From Candidatus Multivoradales bacterium (GTDB lineage: Bacteria; Acidobacteriota; Thermoanaerobaculia; Multivoradales; JAHEKO01): a DNA stretch of 64,000 bases. Below, piece after piece: positions 58,341 to 64,000 of this stretch; the first letter of the stretch is position 1, and every line of letters begins with the position of its first letter. The stretch spans positions 864,001-928,000 of the forward strand of contig CBDFIJ010000004.1 of assembly GCA_965248055.1 (NCBI GenBank). Direction: 5' to 3'. The notes beneath the pieces were generated by a model, which did no database searches, was not told where the DNA came from, and was given only the letters and a program-made list of their open reading frames with translations. The position numbers were made by a program, and so were the translations under genes.

Positions 58341-60191
58341 CTAGAGAGAAATCGAACCCTTGCGAAAGTCGCTGGCGGCTAGCCGGACGTTGACCAACAC
58401 CGCCTCGCCCTGGGCCGCCCAAGCTTTGGCCTGGAGCAACGCTGGGACCAATTCTTCCAAGGTGTTTACCGCCAGCCCTCTGCCACCATAGCCCTCTGCC
58501 ACTCGGTGATAGTCAGTGTGGCGCAGGGCGGTGGCCAAATCGTCACCCAAGATTTCTACTTGCTCGCGGGCAATCTGCGCCCAACTGGCGTCGTTCCCGA
58601 CTACCGCGATCACCCCCAGGCCATGACGACGATAGCTATCGAACTCAGAAAGGCTGAAGGCGCTCGACCCATCCCCCCAGATCAACCAGACTTCCGACTC
58701 CGGTCGCACTAATTTGGCACCCAAGGAAAACCCACCGCCGACGCCCAAGGTGCCAAAGGCCCCGGGATCTAGCCAGCTCAAGGGTCCGCGCGGACGCAGG
58801 GTATAGGAAGCGGTGCCGACAAAATCGCCACCGTCGGCCACCACTACGCTGTCGAGGTCGAGGAGTGGATCGAGAGCGCGGAACAAGGCCAGCGGAGTGA
58901 TCCCTGCGCTGCCAGTTGTCTCATTGGCCGTCTCATTGGTCGTCTCACTGGCCTGTTGATCGATTTGCTGCTCCCGTTCGCTCTCCCTCTCACGCAGCAC
59001 ATCGACCCAGGCGTTGCCTTCGCCAGTTGCCCCGGGCCACTGCACCTGTTGCGACAGATCGCACACCGTACGACCGGGGTCCGCTTCAATCAAGATTTGT
59101 GGCGAGCGGTTCTTGCGCCCAGTTTCTGCACTGCGGTGGATCGACACCAGGGTCGCCTTGGCAGCGATCTGGCGCCCGTAGTTGAGTCGAAAATCGCAAA
59201 CCACACCAGCCAGAATTACCAGATCTGCTCGCTTCAAGGCTTCACTGCGTCGATGGCGAAACAAGCGCAAATCGGCTGGCCCCAGAAGACCCCGCGCCAT
59301 CCCAGAGCAATAGCTAGGCACTCCCAGGGTCCGAACCGCCGCCGCAAGATCATGCGCATGTTCGGCCTCGGCCATCGCTCCGCTGCCGATCAACAACACG
59401 GGTCGTTGGGCTTTGCGCACCTTGCGCGCCACCGCCTGCAGTTGTCTCGTGGAGGCCTTGGCCATTCTTGGCAACTCGCAGAGGCCATTTCGCTGCGGGT
59501 CTACACCAGCGAATAGACGTCGCCGGTGCCAGGCGAGATAACCTCGGGTAGCCCGAGCGGACAAAGAGCTTCCTTTGATGGAAGAGGCGAACAACCTAGC
59601 AACTGTCTCTTCGCCATAGAGCAAGTCCACCGGACACTCGACAAACACCGGGCCAGGGACACCGTGCGCCGATCGCCACATTGCTTCCTCCACCGCCGGT
59701 GCCAAATCGCGCACCCGAGATACCGAGGTTTGCCATTTGACGTGCGGCGCCATCAGGGCCAGTTGGTCGATGTCCTGCAACGACCCACGCCCCTTGAGGA
59801 CGGTGGCTGTAGCCCCACCGAGAATCACCACCGGCGATTCCGCCATCTGGGCGTTCTTGACCGCGGTGATGCTGTTAGTCAGACCCGGACCTGCGGTTAC
59901 TGCCGCCACCCCTGGAATACCCGTGAGCCGCGCCACCGCGTCTGCGGCAAACACTGCGTTGCGTTCATCCCGAACGTCGATGACCCGGACCCCATGACGC
60001 TCAGCTTCCACCAGAATCGGAGAAATGTGACCGCCGCAAAGAGTGAACAGAAACGGTACGCCGAAACGCTCGAGAACCTCGGCCACTTGAACTCCCCCGA
60101 GCGGCCTCGATTCCGCGGCACTGGATTTTTCAGACCCAAATTCCGCAGGCTCAGGTTCCGACACACTCTTTCCCAGCGATCCGTCACTCAT
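58341..60191 (-). CDS. Thiamine pyrophosphate-binding enzyme (IlvB-like / 2-hydroxyacyl-CoA lyase-like)
   Basis: [37 protein letters not shown] and GDGS..N motifs. Confidence 0.88.
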   Translation of the reverse strand: MSDGSLGKSVSEPEPAEFGSEKSSAAESRPLGGVQVAEVLERFGVPFLFTLCGGHISPILVEAERHGVRVIDVRDERNAVFAADAVARLTGIPGVAAVTAGPGLTNSITAVKNAQMAESPVVILGGATATVLKGRGSLQDIDQLALMAPHVKWQTSVSRVRDLAPAVEEAMWRSAHGVPGPVFVECPVDLLYGEETVARLFASSIKGSSLSARATRGYLAWHRRRLFAGVDPQRNGLCELPRMAKASTRQLQAVARKVRKAQRPVLLIGSGAMAEAEHAHDLAAAVRTLGVPSYCSGMARGLLGPADLRLFRHRRSEALKRADLVILAGVVCDFRLNYGRQIAAKATLVSIHRSAETGRKNRSPQILIEADPGRTVCDLSQQVQWPGATGEGNAWVDVLRERESEREQQIDQQASETTNETANETTGSAGITPLALFRALDPLLDLDSVVVADGGDFVGTASYTLRPRGPLSWLDPGAFGTLGVGGGFSLGAKLVRPESEVWLIWGDGSSAFSLSEFDSYRRHGLGVIAVVGNDASWAQIAREQVEILGDDLATALRHTDYHRVAEGYGGRGLAVNTLEELVPALLQAKAWAAQGEAVLVNVRLAASDFRKGSISL

Positions 60192-60580
60192 GAGCCCACT
60201 CCCGCCAGCACGTGGCGTTCTAGAACCGCACAACGCATGACGAAACGGGCGACCACCTGGCCCTCACTTTCCACTTCGACCTCCACCTGAGGTCGCCGAG
60301 GGTCCCGGTCACTGGTGGCGCGGGCAATTAACGATTCGCCGACTCTTGTGGGTTTCAGGAAATGGCTATCGGCACCAGCCAGCACCACCCAGGGGTGATT
60401 AACTGCCACCATCGCCGCGTGATCGGCCAGGCCAAAGACAAACCCACCGTGTACCAATTGTTGCTCGTCAACTGCCATCGCTGCGGTGGTTTTTAACACC
60501 ACCACGGCGGTTCCGCCGCCGATCTCGGTCACTCGACCACACAGTTCCTCGGAGATCGCGCGATGGGTGGCTAGGTCCAT
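60188..60580 (-). CDS. PaaI family hotdog-fold thioesterase
   Basis: VHGGFVFGLAD and FLKP motifs. Confidence 0.88.
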   Translation of the reverse strand: MDLATHRAISEELCGRVTEIGGGTAVVVLKTTAAMAVDEQQLVHGGFVFGLADHAAMVAVNHPWVVLAGADSHFLKPTRVGESLIARATSDRDPRRPQVEVEVESEGQVVARFVMRCAVLERHVLAGVGS

Positions 60581-60585
60581 AGAGC

Positions 60586-62211
60586 CTAAGCCATATGGGG
60601 ATAACGAAAATCCGTCGGGGGAACTAGGGTCTCTTTCATCGCCCGTTGCGAAGTCCAACGCATCAGATTAGCCGCCGACCCAGCCTTGTCATTGGTTCCA
60701 GAAGCTCGGGACCCGCCGAAGGGCTGCTGCCCAACCACCGCACCGGTGGGCTTGTCATTGATATAGAAATTGCCCGCGGCGTGCCTCAGCTTAGTGGACA
60801 TCTCGACAATCACCCGCCGATCTCGGGCAAAGATTGCTCCGGTCAGCGCGTAAGGACTGGTGGTGTTGCAGACCTCCAGCGTCTCATTCAGCTGATCGTC
60901 GGCGTAGACATGCACCGTCAGAACCGGAGCGAAAATCTCTTCACACATCAGCCGTGATTTTGGATCTTCGCTCACCACTACCGTCGGCGGCACGAAATAG
61001 CCAATTTCGTCGTCTCCTTTGCCGCCGGTCAAGAACTCCATGTCGTTGCAGTTTCGCACCGAAGCAAAGTAGCCCTCAACATTGTCGAACGAGGACTGGT
61101 CAATGACCGCAGCCATAAAGTTGCTGAAATCGATGGGTGAGCCGATCGTGATCTCCCCAACCATCGCCTGCAAACGCTCGCGCATCTCAGGCCACAAGCT
61201 CTGAGGGATGTAGGCCCGCGAAGCCGCCGAACACTTCTGCCCTTGGTACTCGAAAGCTCCGCGCACCAGGGCCACGGTCAGCGCTTGCGGGTCGGCACTC
61301 GGATGGGCAAAGACAAAATCCTTACCCCCGGTTTCGCCGACAATTCTAGGGTAGGTCTTGTAGCGGTCAATATTGCCACCAATGGTCTTCCACATCCCCT
61401 GAAAGACGGCGGTGGAACCGGTGAAATGCACCCCCGCCAGGTCTGCGCTGGCGAGCACCGGGTCGCCGATTCTGCGTCCTGATCCGGGCACGAAGTTGAT
61501 CACCCCAGGAGGCAATCCCGCCTCCTTCAGAATCTGCATGATGACGTAGGCCGAAAGCACCGCGGTGGAGGCTGGCTTCCACACGACAACGTTTCCCATC
61601 AGGGCCGGAGCGGTCGGAAGATTGCCGCCAATGGAGGTGAAATTAAAAGGCGTCGCGGCGAAGACAAAGCCTTCCAGCGCTCGGTACTCAACCCGATTCC
61701 ACATTCCCAGTGCCGAAGATGGTTGTTCTTCCATCATCTGGCGTTGAAAATGAACGTTGAAGCGCCAGAAATCGATCAACTCACAGGCGGCGTCGACCTC
61801 AGCCTGAAATACCGTCTTCGACTGATTCAGCATGGTCGCCGCATTCAAGGTGTCGCGCCACGGTCCTGCGAGCAAGTCAGCAGCCTTGAGAAAAACTGCC
61901 GCGCGGTCTTCCCAGGCCAGCTCCGACCACTGATTCCACGCAGCCATCCCGTTATTGATGGCTTGCTCGACTTCCCCATCAGCTCCCTGATGGAACTGAC
62001 CCAAGGAGCGCTGGTGATCGTGGGGACAAAGCATTCCACCGGTGTTGCCGGTTCTAGTTTCCTCGCCACCAATGATCAAGGGAATGTCGTAGGACTCCTG
62101 GAGCATGGTTTCGATTCTGCTCTGCAGCGAAGTTCGCTCAGCGGACCCTGGGGCGTAGCCGCGAATCGGTTCATTGATCGGAGTCGGGACCGAAAAAACT
62201 GCGTGTGACAT
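60586..62211 (-). CDS. pruA: Delta-1-pyrroline-5-carboxylate dehydrogenase
   Basis: NEP..YAPGS, PFNFTSI, FTGST, GETGGKDF, YQGQKCSA, EEIFAP and QPFGGSRASGTNDK motifs. Confidence 0.96.
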   Translation of the reverse strand: MSHAVFSVPTPINEPIRGYAPGSAERTSLQSRIETMLQESYDIPLIIGGEETRTGNTGGMLCPHDHQRSLGQFHQGADGEVEQAINNGMAAWNQWSELAWEDRAAVFLKAADLLAGPWRDTLNAATMLNQSKTVFQAEVDAACELIDFWRFNVHFQRQMMEEQPSSALGMWNRVEYRALEGFVFAATPFNFTSIGGNLPTAPALMGNVVVWKPASTAVLSAYVIMQILKEAGLPPGVINFVPGSGRRIGDPVLASADLAGVHFTGSTAVFQGMWKTIGGNIDRYKTYPRIVGETGGKDFVFAHPSADPQALTVALVRGAFEYQGQKCSAASRAYIPQSLWPEMRERLQAMVGEITIGSPIDFSNFMAAVIDQSSFDNVEGYFASVRNCNDMEFLTGGKGDDEIGYFVPPTVVVSEDPKSRLMCEEIFAPVLTVHVYADDQLNETLEVCNTTSPYALTGAIFARDRRVIVEMSTKLRHAAGNFYINDKPTGAVVGQQPFGGSRASGTNDKAGSAANLMRWTSQRAMKETLVPPTDFRYPHMA

Positions 62212-62284
62212 GACTCAACTACTCCATTTACTTGTCTTGTTATTGTGCTTTAGGCATCCTAAGGGGACTGCTATCGAGAGTCGA

Positions 62285-62647
62285 CTAAGCCGCACCGCGC
62301 CAGATCTTCCAGGCAGCCAGACCAAGTCCGACAATCATCGACGCGCCACCGATCGGCGCGATCGCTCCGAGCCAACGCGGACCGCCCAGGGCCAGGCCAC
62401 CAACCGCAGCCGCAAAGATCAAACCGCCGCAAGCCACCCATCCAGCACTGGCTCCGGTGACCACTCCACGCTGGTTGGCCAAACCCAATATCGCAACAGC
62501 AAAGGAAGCGATCATCCAATAGCGGACCGCGGTCAACCATTGCTCCATCGCCACCACGTCGAGGCGATCGCGCAGACCGTGGGCTCCGAAAGCTCCGGCA
62601 GCCACACCGAGGGCACAGCCGAAAAAACCGAGCGCCAGCCAATTCAC
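62285..62647 (-). CDS. DUF423 family small membrane protein
   Basis: GAFGAHGL..TAVRY..GAIAPIGG motifs; GTG start overlaps the upstream TGA. Confidence 0.88.
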   Translation of the reverse strand: MNWLALGFFGCALGVAAGAFGAHGLRDRLDVVAMEQWLTAVRYWMIASFAVAILGLANQRGVVTGASAGWVACGGLIFAAAVGGLALGGPRWLGAIAPIGGASMIVGLGLAAWKIWRGAA

Positions 62648-62976
62648 TGGGTCTCCAATTTTGAGGTCTCCAATCTTGCGGGCTCCGTCCCCTGCGACTC
62701 TGAATCCGGGCGCTCTCCCAGAGGCCACTGGCCGGCAACGTCAGCCCACCGAATCAACACACGGCCATGTTTCGGCCAAACGCCGAAACGATCGGCGCGA
62801 TCGAGATATTCGGCTCTCGACATCTCATCGCTGGTGCGGTGAATGTCGGCGTCGAGCAAAATGACCTCAGTCTCGTTCTCGTCATCGCAACGACCGACGA
62901 TGGCATCCCCTTGGAGAGTCTCGATCACTAGGGTGATTCCATGCAGCGGAGATTTATCTTGATGAAAGGTACCCAT
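62644..62976 (-). CDS. Hypothetical protein, possible Sm/LSm-like fold
   Basis: Sits within the operon; LHGITLVIET..G...VGRC......VILLDAD resembles the Sm1 pattern. Confidence 0.6.
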   Translation of the reverse strand: MGTFHQDKSPLHGITLVIETLQGDAIVGRCDDENETEVILLDADIHRTSDEMSRAEYLDRADRFGVWPKHGRVLIRWADVAGQWPLGERPDSESQGTEPARLETSKLETQ

Positions 62977-62988
62977 AACTCTGTCGCT

Positions 62989-63426
62989 TCAGCTTTCGAG
63001 CCCTACCGAAAAATACCGCTCAAAGGCTGCCTCAAGATCGGCGGCGACCTCAGTCGCCTGTCGGTTCTCGATCCGATGTCGGGGTACAAAGTAGACCAAT
63101 TCGCCATTATTCAACAACGCCATCGACGGACTACTCGGCGGCACGTCGGCAAAATAGCTCCTCATCTTTTGCGTCGCTTCCAGATCCTGGCCGGCGAACA
63201 CGGTCACCAAATGGGGCGGGCGTTTGTCGCTATCCGCGGCCATCCGCGCACCGGGACGTGCCTGTCCTGTGGCGCAGCCACAAACCGAGTTGATCACCAC
63301 CCAGGCTCCCTCGTTCGCTTGATTGTCCATGAACTCTTCCACCTGTTCGGCGGTGGTCAGCTCGAGAAAGCCGATCTCCGTCATTTCATCGCGCATCGGT
63401 CGCACCAACAGTGGGCTATATCGCAT
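62989..63426 (-). CDS. BrxA/BrxB family bacilliredoxin
   Basis: NSVCGCA.G.ARP, TVFAGQD.EAT, PPSSPSMAL and RHRIE motifs. Confidence 0.93.
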   Translation of the reverse strand: MRYSPLLVRPMRDEMTEIGFLELTTAEQVEEFMDNQANEGAWVVINSVCGCATGQARPGARMAADSDKRPPHLVTVFAGQDLEATQKMRSYFADVPPSSPSMALLNNGELVYFVPRHRIENRQATEVAADLEAAFERYFSVGLES

Positions 63427-63553
63427 GTCTTAAGACTCCCTATCGAGTGAATATCAACTGAGCGGTAACAAGTACCGATAGTATTTCGTTTTCCGGTCGA
63501 TCTGGGCTGCGAAACTCAGGTCAATCGTTGTGCCATTCTACTCTGGAGACCGC

Positions 63554-64000
63554 ATGACCAACAGCCTTGCCACACGGGCACTTCTCGGGGTTCTACTCAG
63601 CCTGGTTTGTATCCAATGTTCGTCCACCGGACTGGCCGGGCAACAACCTTCCGCGTCAACCACTCGACCTGGGTCACGACCGCTGCTCGACAGCTGGATC
63701 AACGCCGGGTTTCTCCTATTGGAGGGGACCTACGGCACCGAACTGGTTGCTCCCTGGGACGTGTTTGACCATGTCCAGTACCACGCTGAGGGTGGTATTC
63801 GGGTGTTCACGGTGGCACCATCAAAAGACCCGGTAGCGACCGCGGAGGGATTGCGCATCGTTCCGGACTTCACCTTCGACAACCATCCCGACATCGACTT
63901 ACTGGTGGTTCCCAGCGCCGAGAATTCTCGCGGCAGTGATCTACAAAAGACTGGTGTGGTCGAATGGGTGAGACGGACCGGAACCGATGCAGATCATGTG
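63554..64000 (+). CDS. Exported DJ-1/PfpI family protein (runs off window)
   Basis: Manual translation MTNSLATRALLG..GTELVAPWDVF..VFTVA..VATAEGLRIVPDFTFDNHPDIDLLVVP. Confidence 0.85.
   Translation, partial: MTNSLATRALLGVLLSLVCIQCSSTGLAGQQPSASTTRPGSRPLLDSWINAGFLLLEGTYGTELVAPWDVFDHVQYHAEGGIRVFTVAPSKDPVATAEGLRIVPDFTFDNHPDIDLLVVPSAENSRGSDLQKTGVVEWVRRTGTDADHV

Overview
A GC-rich, gene-dense bacterial chromosomal segment. The gene content (three VWFA-related Acidobacterial-domain proteins, a CRTAC1/ASPIC-UnbV protein, many TPR proteins, an Oar-type TonB-dependent receptor, AP-superfamily enzymes with an L(R/Q)ALGYL motif) suggests Acidobacteriota, possibly Thermoanaerobaculia; this is an inference. 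The left ~6 kb is accessory-like: an ORF6N fragment, a MazE/MazF-type TA pair, and small genes interspersed with a family of GAGATCC...GGATGAC hairpin repeats. Next come class II ribonucleotide reductase nrdJ with an NrdR box and an intact IS5-family element next to a truncated DUF3187-like gene. A ~22 kb block of envelope and secreted proteins follows. The right part is mostly housekeeping: ilvA, sufT, fused 2-oxoacid dehydrogenase E1, GH20, addB/addA, moaA, purE, AgcS, pruA and a bacilliredoxin. The most striking feature is an in-frame fusion of an intact phospho-receiver (REC) domain to a catalytically complete LpxC. Other notable items are an operon combining an SPL-like radical SAM enzyme, a nucleosidase-like protein and a GT2, a possible Sm/LSm-fold protein coupled to the bacilliredoxin, and several repeat elements. 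No rRNA, tRNA or CRISPR array was recognised. All family calls come from motif recognition by eye, not database searches.
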